Below are positions 1 to 10,471 of a stretch of DNA of 64,000 nt, one piece after another; position 1 is the first letter of the stretch, and the number at the start of each line of letters is the position of its first letter. This DNA comes from a virus (taxonomy: Duplodnaviria; Caudoviricetes), in the IMG/VR virus record IMGVR_UViG_2895532408_000002, positions 1-64,000 of that record. One strand, written 5' to 3'. Made by a program: the position numbers and the translations under genes. The notes under the pieces were generated by a model. That model saw nothing but the letters and a program-made list of their open reading frames with translations. It searched no databases and was not told where the DNA came from.

Positions 1-1239
1 CTAAATAGCTGATAATCTTGAATTTTTGTTTGTGCCATTGGTGTCTCGTGTCGTACTCGTGTCATTTTGGATTTTCTTCTCGTAATCTTCGATGAATTTA
101 CCGTAGTGTCGAAATAGCATTTCTGGCGAAGAGTGGCCCATCCAATTTGCCAACTGCCACAAGTTTATTCCCTCACTGATATGTCGGGTCGCGAAAGTAT
201 GGCGCATTTGATAGGGGTACCGGTATCTTACTTTTGCAGCCGTAAGAATTCGACTCCATTTATGTTTACGAAATGAGTCTGGGTTTATCCGGTTCAACTC
301 CCCCTCTGGCAGTTCCATTCCAAACTTTAAGTTTTTAGGGAACACAAAACCACGACCCAGATAGGAAAGTTCTCTTTGCCGGTTAAGGGCATTCATAGCA
401 CTTTCATTTAAAGGTATGGCACGCTTACCGGCTTTCGATTTGGGACCCTTGATCTCGTTATGTACAATGGCCGCTTTTACGACTAAAGTGTTGTGAATGA
501 AATCAACCTCGTTCCATTTAAGCGCTGACCATTCACTAGGCCGCATCCCTGTATTGAAAACCAGCTCAACGATATTCAGTTCTTCCGGTCTGCAATGCTC
601 ATAGATAGCTTCCACTTCTTGCGGCGTGAACGGGTCAATATCATCGTGGCCACCGTCTAAATCGACCTTGTTATCTTTTTCCACGTAGTTAGAAAGCTTC
701 ACACCGTCGATTGGGTTGGTAGATACCAGTCCGTCGGTTACGGCCTCGGCCAGCGCGGTACGTAAAAAGCTGAACTTGTTTCGCAGGGTTTTAGGTGAGT
801 TCCCAGACTTGAGAACAAAGCTTTTCAAAACTTGTGGGGAAAGTTCGGTTACCGGAATAGGGTGGAGCTCCTTAACCGAGGTCTTAAGTTTTTCGTAGCC
901 TTTAATCGTGGAAGGTGAGAGCCCCCGTTTCTTGACGCTCTCAATATATTCCTCTAAGTACGCTTCAACCGTCTTGCCCCACGCTACCGCGCCACCGAAT
1001 ATTTTCAGCTTTGGTGAGCTCGGGAAGTAATCCGCGTACCGGAAAGTTTCACGTTCGATCTTATTTAATATCTCGCCGCGTAAGTTACCCGCGTATCGGA
1101 TATTAGATTTGTTGACTGGAACCTTAAGGAGTTCGCGACAGCGAACCCCTTTGTATTCGAAGTTAATTTGAATACGGGCTTCTTTGGCCCCAGGCCGAAT
1201 AGTTACCCCGCGAGGGAGTTGCCCCCATTTCTTATCCAT
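1..1239 (-). CDS. int: Tyrosine recombinase (phage integrase) with N-terminal arm-binding-type domain
   Basis: Catalytic motifs TGMR, GPKSK, YQMRHT, MGH, HYG; 412 aa; overlaps xis-like gene. Confidence 0.95.
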   Translation of the reverse strand: MDKKWGQLPRGVTIRPGAKEARIQINFEYKGVRCRELLKVPVNKSNIRYAGNLRGEILNKIERETFRYADYFPSSPKLKIFGGAVAWGKTVEAYLEEYIESVKKRGLSPSTIKGYEKLKTSVKELHPIPVTELSPQVLKSFVLKSGNSPKTLRNKFSFLRTALAEAVTDGLVSTNPIDGVKLSNYVEKDNKVDLDGGHDDIDPFTPQEVEAIYEHCRPEELNIVELVFNTGMRPSEWSALKWNEVDFIHNTLVVKAAIVHNEIKGPKSKAGKRAIPLNESAMNALNRQRELSYLGRGFVFPKNLKFGMELPEGELNRINPDSFRKHKWSRILTAAKVRYRYPYQMRHTFATRHISEGINLWQLANWMGHSSPEMLFRHYGKFIEDYEKKIQNDTSTTRDTNGTNKNSRLSAI

Positions 1240-1451
1240 TGTTCTACCGCTTCTAAGTCAATCCAAAGTTCGCGAATATGGGGTGGCTTAATAGCATGTA
1301 CGCCTTTTACCCAGTGTCCGCGTTTAATTCTCTGTCGTACCGTTTCTATGTCTTCACCAGACAGTTCACAATATTTAGTGAGTGGTACGGTTCTTAGGCT
1401 AGTAGTCACATTAATAGCAACAGGGTAGTTATCATTAGCTGAGTTCGTCAT
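1203..1451 (-). CDS. Excisionase-like DNA-binding protein
   Basis: PLTKYCELSG...RIKRGHW...WIDLEAVEQW resembles lambdoid excisionases; directly upstream of int; ATG follows GGAAATTGACGAT. Confidence 0.8.
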   Translation of the reverse strand: MTNSANDNYPVAINVTTSLRTVPLTKYCELSGEDIETVRQRIKRGHWVKGVHAIKPPHIRELWIDLEAVEQWIRNGGNSLAG

Positions 1452-1524
1452 ATCGTCAATTTCCAAATTTTAAAAGTTATACCCTAAAGGGTAGGTTCGG
1501 CTGGCTTTCACCAGCCTATAAAAG

Positions 1525-3549
1525 TTAAACAGCTACGCGGTTCTCGGCATCGAGTTCTTTATGTGATGCCTGTAAAACCTGTCCGATATGAGGTGTGATA
1601 CGTTGGATACATTGCCATGTGAAGCTGGCTCGTGTGTCGTCCATAGCACTATCAATCTCGTCTAGCATCATTAAAGGTAATACACGGTGGGTTAAAATAC
1701 GACCTAAACCGATTCGCAGTGTTAAATTAGCAAGGTCTTTACCCGAGCCTGACAGCGTTCTTAGCGGCTGGCCATCAACAACAACCTCGAAATCCTGTCC
1801 CACTTCAACGGACTGGAATTCGCCGCCGGTCATTTCACTCATAAGCATAGACGCCACTTTATTAAGTGAAGGCAATAGGTGACTTTGAACCTTAGCTTTC
1901 ACCACTTTCAGTGCTTCACGAGCCCGAGACAGTTCCGATAAACGCGCTTCCTCGGCAGCTACACCTTCAATACTTTTATTATAGGTGGCCAAAGCCTGTT
2001 CGTACTGCCCAGAAAGGTGCTCGTAGTTTGCCCATTCTTGACGGGCCGACTCTAGCTGGCTAATCACATTACGTAAGGTCGCTTCGGTATTCTCAGGGAA
2101 TTGCTGTGTAATACTGTTAAGCGTTTCTTGCGCTTGGTCATACTTCGATTTCGCTTCACCGTAAGCTTTCTTCAAACCTTCAAAATGCGTTGCTTGGCTA
2201 TCATACATCCGCATTTGATTATCAAACTGGTCTTTTATCCGCTTACAGGTACCTTCCCAGTTTTTAGTTTGCTGGTCGTTCATCTGAGAGATATTAGACA
2301 CATGGCTCTTATAGTCCTTGTTCTCTTTCTCAAACTGAAGTATTGCAGACTTCGCCGTGCGAACTTCGTGAAGCGCGGTTCTCAAATCATCAATATTTAA
2401 GCTCTGCAGCTCTTCTAATAGGCTGTCATGCTTCTTGTTTATTTCAATCTGGGTCCGTGTTTCATTCCATTCTTTAACGGTTACGCTTGGGGCCTCTTCA
2501 CGGACTGGTAACTTTTCTAGTTCTTCAATCTCCGCCGACAAATGGAAGTGATGCTTACAGCTCGGGCACTCAATAGTGTGTGAAGCTTTAAGCTCTTGAA
2601 TCCGGTTAAAGCGCTCGTGTTCTGCCCAAGCGTCATAAAGCGGCTGTTGCTCTGGCCAATCTGGGTTAGGTTCACAAGGTTTGTATTGTGCCTCGAGACG
2701 CAAGAACTCAGCTTCAACCTTTACCGCTTTATCAAGGTTATTCTGAAGGTTCAGTTCCACCGTTGTTAACTGAGATACCGTGGTCGGCATACCGTTACTT
2801 AGCGTAGGGAACTCAGGGGCCTTCATCGTAGTGGCTAGAGGTTCGGGCTTGTCTGGGTAAATCGGCTCTTGGGGTGGTACCGGTTTTGTTGGTTCGGTTG
2901 GTACCGATACAGCTTTTGCCGTTAGCCAGTTCTCAAGACTCGTTTTGTACGTAGCCAGGGCGTTCTCAATATCCGCTTTAGGTGTTTGAGGTTGCGTAGG
3001 CGCCACAGGCTCGACCAAGTTCTTTTTGTGCGTATCAATAACCGCACGCAGTTCCCTAATCTCTCCGGCCATATTATTAGCAAGCCCATCCATTTGAGTT
3101 AGGCCAGCAACCGAATCAATCATTTGTTTACGTTCAGTGGGGCGCATATCCGCAAGCGCTTGAATATCTCCTTGAGCGCACCAGTGAGCAATACGAAACA
3201 CATCAAAGCCATAACCTAAGGTTCTAACCACCCACTGATTAACAGGCTTGGTACCACTTACAATAGGCTCACCTTTGTGGTGTACCTCAGACTTAGATTT
3301 GGTACGAGTGATAGTGTAAGTCTCGCCATTGATAGCAATGACAACCTCTACCTTCATTCGCTTGTAATCGCCAGCAATGCCGCGAAGTGCTTTATTACCA
3401 AAGAGGGCAAAGCCCACCATTTCAAAGTTAAGTGATTTACCTTTGCCGTTCGCGCCGGTGATCAACGTTGAACCCGAATTTAGTTCCAACTCGTTTTTAA
3501 TTGTTTTACCGTTCGAGAACGTTAAGTCATATTTAATTGAAGAAAGCAT
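1525..3549 (-). CDS. SbcC/Rad50-like SMC ATPase (recombination nuclease subunit)
   Basis: Walker A GANGKGKS, coiled coil with CPSC zinc hook, signature LSGSG, Walker B LMMLDEID. Confidence 0.92.
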   Translation of the reverse strand: MLSSIKYDLTFSNGKTIKNELELNSGSTLITGANGKGKSLNFEMVGFALFGNKALRGIAGDYKRMKVEVVIAINGETYTITRTKSKSEVHHKGEPIVSGTKPVNQWVVRTLGYGFDVFRIAHWCAQGDIQALADMRPTERKQMIDSVAGLTQMDGLANNMAGEIRELRAVIDTHKKNLVEPVAPTQPQTPKADIENALATYKTSLENWLTAKAVSVPTEPTKPVPPQEPIYPDKPEPLATTMKAPEFPTLSNGMPTTVSQLTTVELNLQNNLDKAVKVEAEFLRLEAQYKPCEPNPDWPEQQPLYDAWAEHERFNRIQELKASHTIECPSCKHHFHLSAEIEELEKLPVREEAPSVTVKEWNETRTQIEINKKHDSLLEELQSLNIDDLRTALHEVRTAKSAILQFEKENKDYKSHVSNISQMNDQQTKNWEGTCKRIKDQFDNQMRMYDSQATHFEGLKKAYGEAKSKYDQAQETLNSITQQFPENTEATLRNVISQLESARQEWANYEHLSGQYEQALATYNKSIEGVAAEEARLSELSRAREALKVVKAKVQSHLLPSLNKVASMLMSEMTGGEFQSVEVGQDFEVVVDGQPLRTLSGSGKDLANLTLRIGLGRILTHRVLPLMMLDEIDSAMDDTRASFTWQCIQRITPHIGQVLQASHKELDAENRVAV

Positions 3550-4574
3550 TATTCAGCCTCCGCGCTTAGGTCCATAAACTGGCCCCAAAGTTGATTGGTT
3601 GTTTCCGTTGAAACGTCGTGTTCTGCCATTGTCGATTTGAAGATGCCTTCTAAGTCAAAGCTATCTAGATTTACTTCCAGTTCGTCGTCTTTATTATCTG
3701 AGACGCGTTTGAAAGTTAGGCTCAAACAATCTACATCCGCAATAGGGGCCTCCGTAGGGAGAAGCGTGACGCGAAGGTTCATATTCTTAAACCTTTCGGG
3801 GTCAGCTTCTAAGGCCTCTGTCGCTTCCTGAAGCGTGGCTGTTATATAAAGCTGGTTAGTTGGGTCCTCAGCATGTGAGTAAGGTTGCATAGAACCGGTA
3901 ACCCAGACTGGCGTATCACCTTCCATAAAAATACGCGGGGTGTGATAGTGGCCAGTGATAACCGCAAGCGCGGTTTGCATTTCTTCAAAAGGGATCAAGT
4001 TATCGGTTGCTGAACTATCTTCACTAAATGCGAGAATATCCCAGTGGCCAAACGCAAAGAACCCTACCGGTGGCTTAATCTCTGCAGCAATCTCTTTCGC
4101 CGTTTTAAACGGGTGCCACGGGTAGAAAACAAAATGCTCTTTATCAATGGTAAGCTTGAGTGCGCTTTCAGCAACTACGTGAATATTAGGAACGTGAGCG
4201 ACAAGCTGTGTAAATACATCAAACGAGCTTTTGAACTGGGTGTCTCTCGAGGCATCATGATTGCCGCGAATTATCACGAACTGACGGTCTGGGTAGTTAC
4301 CCGCCGCAAGACGATAAACGTCGGCCGCAAATAAGATATCTTCTTCCGGCACGCGGAACTTATCAAACAAGTCACCCATACAAACGTGAAGCTTATACCC
4401 TGGCGCAGTAACAATACCCGCAAAGGTATCTTTCACCATTTCTTCGCGCTCACCTTTACGGTGTGTAGGTACGCCAGTATTGAATTTACGGGCTAGGTGC
4501 GGGTCACCTAACGTCTGTACAAAAGAGGGGAGTTTAACTAAATCGTTAAGCGATTCGATTGGTTGCATTTGCAT
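3549..4574 (-). CDS. SbcD/Mre11-like metallophosphoesterase nuclease
   Basis: GDPH, GDLFD, GNHD, GHYH motifs; adjacent to SbcC-like gene. Confidence 0.92.
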   Translation of the reverse strand: MQMQPIESLNDLVKLPSFVQTLGDPHLARKFNTGVPTHRKGEREEMVKDTFAGIVTAPGYKLHVCMGDLFDKFRVPEEDILFAADVYRLAAGNYPDRQFVIIRGNHDASRDTQFKSSFDVFTQLVAHVPNIHVVAESALKLTIDKEHFVFYPWHPFKTAKEIAAEIKPPVGFFAFGHWDILAFSEDSSATDNLIPFEEMQTALAVITGHYHTPRIFMEGDTPVWVTGSMQPYSHAEDPTNQLYITATLQEATEALEADPERFKNMNLRVTLLPTEAPIADVDCLSLTFKRVSDNKDDELEVNLDSFDLEGIFKSTMAEHDVSTETTNQLWGQFMDLSAEAE

Positions 4575-4584
4575 CGTCAATTTC

Positions 4585-4962
4585 CTAAATAATAATCGAG
4601 GGTACTTGTCCCTCGGTAAAGTTAACTCTAATTTTCCAATTTAAAGCTGGGCTAAAGTAAGGCCAGTATTCTTTAATAAAGTTGTCTAACTCTAAGTATC
4701 TGGCTCGGTAAGCCCGTTGTCCTAGGGCATGATCCAAAACCTTATAGGCAGCATTAGGGCTCTTAAGGTCGTTGTAATTCTCACCATCTTCACCAATCTT
4801 AGACGGCGAAAAATCGTTGAGTATTCGCGGTATAAAATTGGAATTTGTTATATGTCCTCTTCGCCACAACAAAACCAGTTTAGCCAGCCGAGCGTTTTGC
4901 CAAATTAAGGTGTTGATCTCGGTTTTAGCATGTAAGGCCCAGCCACAAGTAACCTCAATCAT
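4585..4962 (-). CDS. Hypothetical protein
   Basis: 125-aa ORF filling the operon gap. Confidence 0.6.
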   Translation of the reverse strand: MIEVTCGWALHAKTEINTLIWQNARLAKLVLLWRRGHITNSNFIPRILNDFSPSKIGEDGENYNDLKSPNAAYKVLDHALGQRAYRARYLELDNFIKEYWPYFSPALNWKIRVNFTEGQVPSIII

Positions 4963-4966
4963 AAGG

Positions 4967-5374
4967 TTACCCCCACGTAAATTGGAGCGACGTTATTTCT
5001 TCATAACGCATAGACTTCTTAGGCCAGCTTAGAATTAGGTCCGCGGGGACCTTAAACCAACCATCAATACTTATGAAATGGAGGTAGAAGTAGTAGAGGC
5101 CCCCCGCTTTAGTTACCTTTGTCGCTTCACGCCACTGACGCTTTTCAATTCGAGAGAAATCAAAACGAGGGCTTTCAGAAATACTCTTTACTTCCGCGAA
5201 GGACGTTAAGCCTTTCTGAGTCACAAGAAAATCAGAGGGTTTGGATGAAACAATACGCTTACGAACGCGGGACTTGTTTACATCAGCATGGTCTTCGAAG
5301 CGATATACATGAGCGCCCAGCGCTTTCATATTCTCTTCGAAGATATCTTCAGAGGGTTTACCAGTGTTTTGCAT
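4967..5374 (-). CDS. PD-(D/E)xK nuclease, probable RecU-like Holliday junction resolvase
   Basis: GKPSE...PSDF...AEVKS pattern; size and context. Confidence 0.7.
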   Translation of the reverse strand: MQNTGKPSEDIFEENMKALGAHVYRFEDHADVNKSRVRKRIVSSKPSDFLVTQKGLTSFAEVKSISESPRFDFSRIEKRQWREATKVTKAGGLYYFYLHFISIDGWFKVPADLILSWPKKSMRYEEITSLQFTWG

Positions 5375-5399
5375 CGTCAATTTCCTAATTGTATAAAAC

Positions 5400-5906
5400 T
5401 TATTTTGTTTTATTTAGAGTTAATACTCTTTTGGGTTTATCGGTATTATCCGTCGTGGACTTCTGGCGCATACCACGCCCCACTTTTTGATTTACGATAA
5501 TCCCTTGCTTCTTGGTCTTACGCTTAGCACGCAAGTACATAGAATGTAGTTCAACCATTCGCTTTCTAGCGTAGTCAGATTCAGACTCAGTGACCCTACC
5601 GTCCGGCTTACCCCACAGATTAAAACGCTGGGCTCCGGTGCGAATACGATTAAGGTATTTAATAGAATTAACGTGAAAGCCTATGGCGTCGTACAGCTCT
5701 CTCGAGCTTACTTTCTTCGGAGAGATAACCGCTCGAAGCTGGTCATAAATATCACGACTTAAGGGTTTGTTTGTGAAAATTCTAAATTTATTTTTTCGAC
5801 AATAAGTAACCACCCACAGCCAGCAATGGATAGGTTTTTCAAATTGAAGTTTTTTAGAATTATGTTTAAGGCTGACGCCTTCAATTCCAAAAGTGGCGTT
5901 ATCCAT
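5400..5906 (-). CDS. ProQ/FinO-domain RNA-binding protein
   Basis: KPL...YLNRIRTGAQRFNLWGKPDGRVTESESDYAR matches the ProQ/FinO core; basic tail. Confidence 0.75.
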   Translation of the reverse strand: MDNATFGIEGVSLKHNSKKLQFEKPIHCWLWVVTYCRKNKFRIFTNKPLSRDIYDQLRAVISPKKVSSRELYDAIGFHVNSIKYLNRIRTGAQRFNLWGKPDGRVTESESDYARKRMVELHSMYLRAKRKTKKQGIIVNQKVGRGMRQKSTTDNTDKPKRVLTLNKTK

Positions 5907-5997
5907 GCTCGACTCGTCAATTTATATTTAAAAGGCCCCTAGCGGAGCCTTATAGTTATTATATTATTTAATAGTTATTATGCTTAAGAATAACCCT

Positions 5998-8900
5998 TTA
6001 TGCAACTTTAGTCGTTACCATAAACAGTTTATTATTTAACAAGCTTATTAAGCGGTTTTGTATTTCTGGGTGCAATTTAGAAATATAAGGATGCAATTCA
6101 GAAACTTGCGGTGAACCAGCTAGAGCTTGGAAAACATAGGCTTTCAAATTCCCAGGTATCTCTTCTAGACCCGTAAACATGGTGCTATCTGAAGATTCCT
6201 TCGCTCTTCTCACATCCTCAGCCCAGCGATTAAAACGCTCATCATCTAAATAGTATTTATAAACAGAGCTTAGACCGACACGTTTTTTCTCTCTTCTAAA
6301 CTTCATACCGAACGAAGTAAGTACACGGCGAACGAACTCATGACGCTTCTTGTCAGTATCACACATAGGTATTTTTATACCTTGTAGGATTTCTAAATCT
6401 CTCGAGTGTGCTAATAGAAAATCAAAAGCGCGATCTTTTTCTAAATTCGTTATCTCTCGACCATCATATGTCGGGACGTCATTTAGAAATTCCACGCCTA
6501 AATGGTAGAAGAACCCGCGGCCTAAGCCTTGGTGGTCCGCAAACGCTGTTTTATCTTTATCATGACGCTTTGTATCAAAGCGGTTAATCATATCGATAAG
6601 GAAAAGGTCGTCATTATTAGCCCCTAAGAGTAAGCCCTTACGTCGGCCATTAAGTGCCTGTGTTGACATAGTAACTACATCGTTAAGCTCATCCCCAGCC
6701 TCTAGGCCAAAGAGTCGCGCTTGGCGTTTCTTAAGTAGCTGACGTTGTTCCTCCGCATTTTTCAAAGTCTGGTTATCTAATATTTCAAATTCTTCGTCCG
6801 ATAACAGCTCAGTCTCACGAAGTTTTTGTTTCTCTACTTCTCTAATTTGGTCTGTTAATTCGTCCATCAACATTTTCAAATTGTAGCCTTCTTCAGAGGC
6901 CAGCGTGTAAAGCGTGTTTATCTGATAGCCTTCATTTTCTAAAGCGTTTACCAAGTTTTTAGAAAAGTGATTAAGCTTATTATTTTCAAAACTCTTTAGT
7001 TGGCCATACCAGTCCGACCAACCATGGTCATTTATTTTCAAACGTTCCGTGGCATGGTCGTACTCTGAAATAAATTGAACACAGAGTTTATTATCAATGG
7101 TGTTTCGGTTACCAAAAACCTCTTTTTGAACGATTTCTAAAGGGGCTGTAGGGTAACGTCTCGCATTATCCAAATACATAATGTGATAGTCCGTACACTC
7201 ACGAACGCGACTCATATGCTGCAAGCAATCCGAAGGAAGGTTACCCGCCATTTTAGTAAAGAACGCAAAAGTCTTTTTAAACTTAGCCCCCATTTCTGTA
7301 GCATCAATTGAGTGGCCGGTACCCATAGAAGGGGAGGACATAAAAATATCATCTTCTTTAAGGTTACCATTTAAGTCTCGAATGAAGGCTTGAACGTCTG
7401 GGGTCTGGGAGTTGTTACTGGTGATAGTAATAACTCGGCGTCCCTTCACTTCGGTTATAAAGTGCTCATGCTCAATCTGACCATCACCCCCCAGTTCTTC
7501 AATAATCGTCGCAGCTTTTTTAAGTACATCAACTTTAGAGTTTGAGGCGTAGAATAAGCCCTCGGTTTTAGCTTCGTTGATCAAAGACTCAACAAACGCA
7601 GAGGTATCACCCTTCCCATCGGTATCTTGATACAACGTTACTTGTCGGCCTTGCTCTCGAGCGGGACGATAATTGTTGATAACGACGTTCATTGCACGTT
7701 CTTGAGGAAGAATACCAAAGTCAGGGTCTCTCATTAGGTCCACGAACTCTTTGTTTAAGTCGGCATCCATACAAACTACATACTTAGCGCCAGCGATAAT
7801 CTCGCGAAGCACTTTCAAACATGCCGCCGGTTTATCAACGGTTGTCGCTTTAATTGCACGTACAAGCTGACAAACCTCATCCATAATAACAATGTCGTAG
7901 TTCTGGCCTTGAAGCTTGTATATCGAATTAAGGCAGATACCTAAGCGTTTCTGCATACGTAACGAGTGTAACCGTTCGCTTTCAATTTCATTGTAGTCTG
8001 CAAGATTGAACTGTTTTGAAAGTGAGTTAACTAACGAGATAAGGTGACTGATAGCAATAACTCGGCCTTCGGTATCCTTTACTTGATTCCTAAGCATAAA
8101 CGTTTTACCGGTACCTTTATCGCTTTTCACCAGTGTTATGCCAGGGCGTAGTCTTAGCTCTGGGAGATAGCGCTGGTTAATAACCGTAGCTTTAGAATCA
8201 AATTCCTCAAGCCTAGACTCGGTAGTCTCGGTCTTACTCATAAAGGTCTCAATAGACTCACGCAGCTCAAAGTTTCTCTCACCTTCCACAAACGAGTGTA
8301 TCGTCGGGTTGTAGTCACCGTAGCGGCCAGCGTTGGCGTAGAACTTAGCTTTCGAATAGCCTTTCTCAGGGCGTAGTGGGTCTTGTAATTGGGCACCATC
8401 ATAAAGCGTAGGGTTTAAGAACGCTTCAAGCACGCTAGTTATACGACCATCTTCAAACTCTAGAACATCGGCAGGGTGAAGTATCTTGTTCTCATGCGCC
8501 TTGACTATCTTCATAGCGTCGTCACGAGAAAGCGGCATTTGCGTGTAGTGTGTGGTGTTAACCATTCTCTGAACTTTAACTTCTCTAAATTCAGATACAC
8601 GTTCCATTACGTCTTTAGATTGTTTTTCTAACTCAACAACACGACGAAATTCTTTATCTTGAGTAGGTGTAAAGTCCTTCAGAAGCTTAGTTTTTAATAA
8701 CCGCTTACCCTTACGGTTAATCTCACCTTTCGGTAAATTCTGGTAGAAGTTCTCTTTGGCTCGAATAAATGCGCCAGCTTCAAAACATAGACGTTCTGGC
8801 TGGAAAACTGAGGTATCGAAAACTGTTCGGGGTAGTCGGCCCCCACTCGCGCTCACTTTAATGTGGCCTAGGCCAGCCATCCAGCAACGCTTCTCAAGCA

Positions 8901-9501
8901 TCTTGCCAAATCGAGCAATATCTTCCCCTTTCTCAACCAGCATATAAATATGGAAGCCATCCGCGGGGCGTATTACCTTATCGGTTTCTTTGTCGAATAA
9001 TGACGTAGAGGTACTGTAGGTTCTAATGTAGTCCGTGTTATTTAATTCTAGTTCTGGAACTGCATTATTAAGATGCGTTAGGAATTCCTCAGGACCTTTG
9101 ATTTTTAGTTTTGCGTGTTCGTCTTTGTCGTAATCGAAAAGAACTAAGCTAGGACCTTTTGTGATCATAGATTTTGAAGAACGTGTGCCATATACACCAG
9201 TCTCATCTACGTGAACGGGGTATTGGTATCCTCGACGCTCAAACTCGTTGCTGGTTAGAACCTCAACAAACTCATGTTCCGTATCCATAATGCCAGGAGT
9301 AAAGCACTGGTTATGGTTGAGACTCTTTATAAAGTCCGGCAGTTCAGTTAATGTTAGTTCTACGCGTTTTGCGGTACCTGTCACCATCTTTGGTGCATCA
9401 CTTATAATTTTACCATGCTCCATTCGCAGCTCTTTAGTGAGCACTCCGGTGGAGTTGGTAAAGAGTGTCAGGTAAAACTTTTGTTCTACTTGGTTAGCCA
9501 T
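5998..9501 (-). CDS. Large replication protein: primase-like N-terminus plus origin-binding SF2-type helicase domain
   Basis: KSDKGTGKT Walker A, IMDE, CMDAD, SPSMGTGHSID, QHMSRVR; N-terminal FDYD...GFHIY. Confidence 0.7.
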   Translation of the reverse strand: MANQVEQKFYLTLFTNSTGVLTKELRMEHGKIISDAPKMVTGTAKRVELTLTELPDFIKSLNHNQCFTPGIMDTEHEFVEVLTSNEFERRGYQYPVHVDETGVYGTRSSKSMITKGPSLVLFDYDKDEHAKLKIKGPEEFLTHLNNAVPELELNNTDYIRTYSTSTSLFDKETDKVIRPADGFHIYMLVEKGEDIARFGKMLEKRCWMAGLGHIKVSASGGRLPRTVFDTSVFQPERLCFEAGAFIRAKENFYQNLPKGEINRKGKRLLKTKLLKDFTPTQDKEFRRVVELEKQSKDVMERVSEFREVKVQRMVNTTHYTQMPLSRDDAMKIVKAHENKILHPADVLEFEDGRITSVLEAFLNPTLYDGAQLQDPLRPEKGYSKAKFYANAGRYGDYNPTIHSFVEGERNFELRESIETFMSKTETTESRLEEFDSKATVINQRYLPELRLRPGITLVKSDKGTGKTFMLRNQVKDTEGRVIAISHLISLVNSLSKQFNLADYNEIESERLHSLRMQKRLGICLNSIYKLQGQNYDIVIMDEVCQLVRAIKATTVDKPAACLKVLREIIAGAKYVVCMDADLNKEFVDLMRDPDFGILPQERAMNVVINNYRPAREQGRQVTLYQDTDGKGDTSAFVESLINEAKTEGLFYASNSKVDVLKKAATIIEELGGDGQIEHEHFITEVKGRRVITITSNNSQTPDVQAFIRDLNGNLKEDDIFMSSPSMGTGHSIDATEMGAKFKKTFAFFTKMAGNLPSDCLQHMSRVRECTDYHIMYLDNARRYPTAPLEIVQKEVFGNRNTIDNKLCVQFISEYDHATERLKINDHGWSDWYGQLKSFENNKLNHFSKNLVNALENEGYQINTLYTLASEEGYNLKMLMDELTDQIREVEKQKLRETELLSDEEFEILDNQTLKNAEEQRQLLKKRQARLFGLEAGDELNDVVTMSTQALNGRRKGLLLGANNDDLFLIDMINRFDTKRHDKDKTAFADHQGLGRGFFYHLGVEFLNDVPTYDGREITNLEKDRAFDFLLAHSRDLEILQGIKIPMCDTDKKRHEFVRRVLTSFGMKFRREKKRVGLSSVYKYYLDDERFNRWAEDVRRAKESSDSTMFTGLEEIPGNLKAYVFQALAGSPQVSELHPYISKLHPEIQNRLISLLNNKLFMVTTKVA

Positions 9502-9551
9502 CGTCAATTTAATCCAAATTGTAGCGGCCCTCTAAGTGAGGGCCGACTTCA

Positions 9552-10160
9552 TCAAAGTTTACTTAGGTCTGCAGGGGTATAATCAACAGACTTAAGCACT
9601 TTGCCAGCAGCATAGCTTTTACCATTCAGGTCCGTACTTTCTTCTTTAACCTTTACGGCCCAGAGTGCGGTACCTTCATTTTTATTTTTATTGGTAAGTG
9701 TTACAGGTTTTGCTTCAACACTAACACCTAATGAAGTGTAGTGGTCGAGTGTCGCTTGCACGTTATCATCGTTGCATAGCTTACTCATATTCGAGTGATG
9801 GACGATATCCCATGCTTTGAGGATATCAAACTCCGCCTCCTCGGATGAGGATAGTAGAGTTTCTATAACATTTAATTCCCAAGAGTGTATGGTTTCTAAT
9901 GCACAATTGAACTGAACATACTTGCCAAAAAGTACATATAAACTATCGATAACAGCATCAAGTTTCTCAACCCGATTCGTAGCGCTGAAAAGCTCACGCA
10001 TTTCCTCACGGTATAAGTCGAAGTGTAGGCTTAATGCCTCGGTGGTGTATTCTTCATCTATAGGCAAGTCAAAAGCGGTTCTGAAATCAGTAATATCGCT
10101 GAAAAACTTTTTAAAGATTTCAGGTGTTAAAAAGTCATATTTAATACCGTTAAGTATCAT
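9552..10160 (-). CDS. MazG-like NTP pyrophosphohydrolase
   Basis: EEMREL...LDAVIDSLYV...VHHSNMSKL...GKVLK. Confidence 0.8.
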   Translation of the reverse strand: MILNGIKYDFLTPEIFKKFFSDITDFRTAFDLPIDEEYTTEALSLHFDLYREEMRELFSATNRVEKLDAVIDSLYVLFGKYVQFNCALETIHSWELNVIETLLSSSEEAEFDILKAWDIVHHSNMSKLCNDDNVQATLDHYTSLGVSVEAKPVTLTNKNKNEGTALWAVKVKEESTDLNGKSYAAGKVLKSVDYTPADLSKL

Positions 10161-10249
10161 CGTCAATTTCCTTTAATTTTTAAGTATGAGACCAGCATTA
10201 TAAAAAGTAATCAAGCGAGTTGCTGGTAAACTAACTGGATTTTTATTAA

Positions 10250-10471
10250 TCAGATTAGTCGTCCTGAATCGTTTTTCTCAATGGTAATTAAATCGTTCTC
10301 CGTCTTAGGTTCCTGAAACGGCTCGTAAGGTTCTGAACCTAGGGCCATTTTCTTAGATTGAGCGATTCGCTCTCGTATATAGCGGGGGATAATATAGAGC
10401 GCTGTAATTACCAGCGCTATCCATAAACCCCAAACGTAAAACTCTAGTTCGGTATTCAAAGTTCTCTCCAC
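10250..10471 (-). CDS. Small single-pass membrane protein
   Basis: Hydrophobic FYVWGLWIALVITALYII segment. Confidence 0.6.
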   Translation of the reverse strand: MERTLNTELEFYVWGLWIALVITALYIIPRYIRERIAQSKKMALGSEPYEPFQEPKTENDLITIEKNDSGRLI

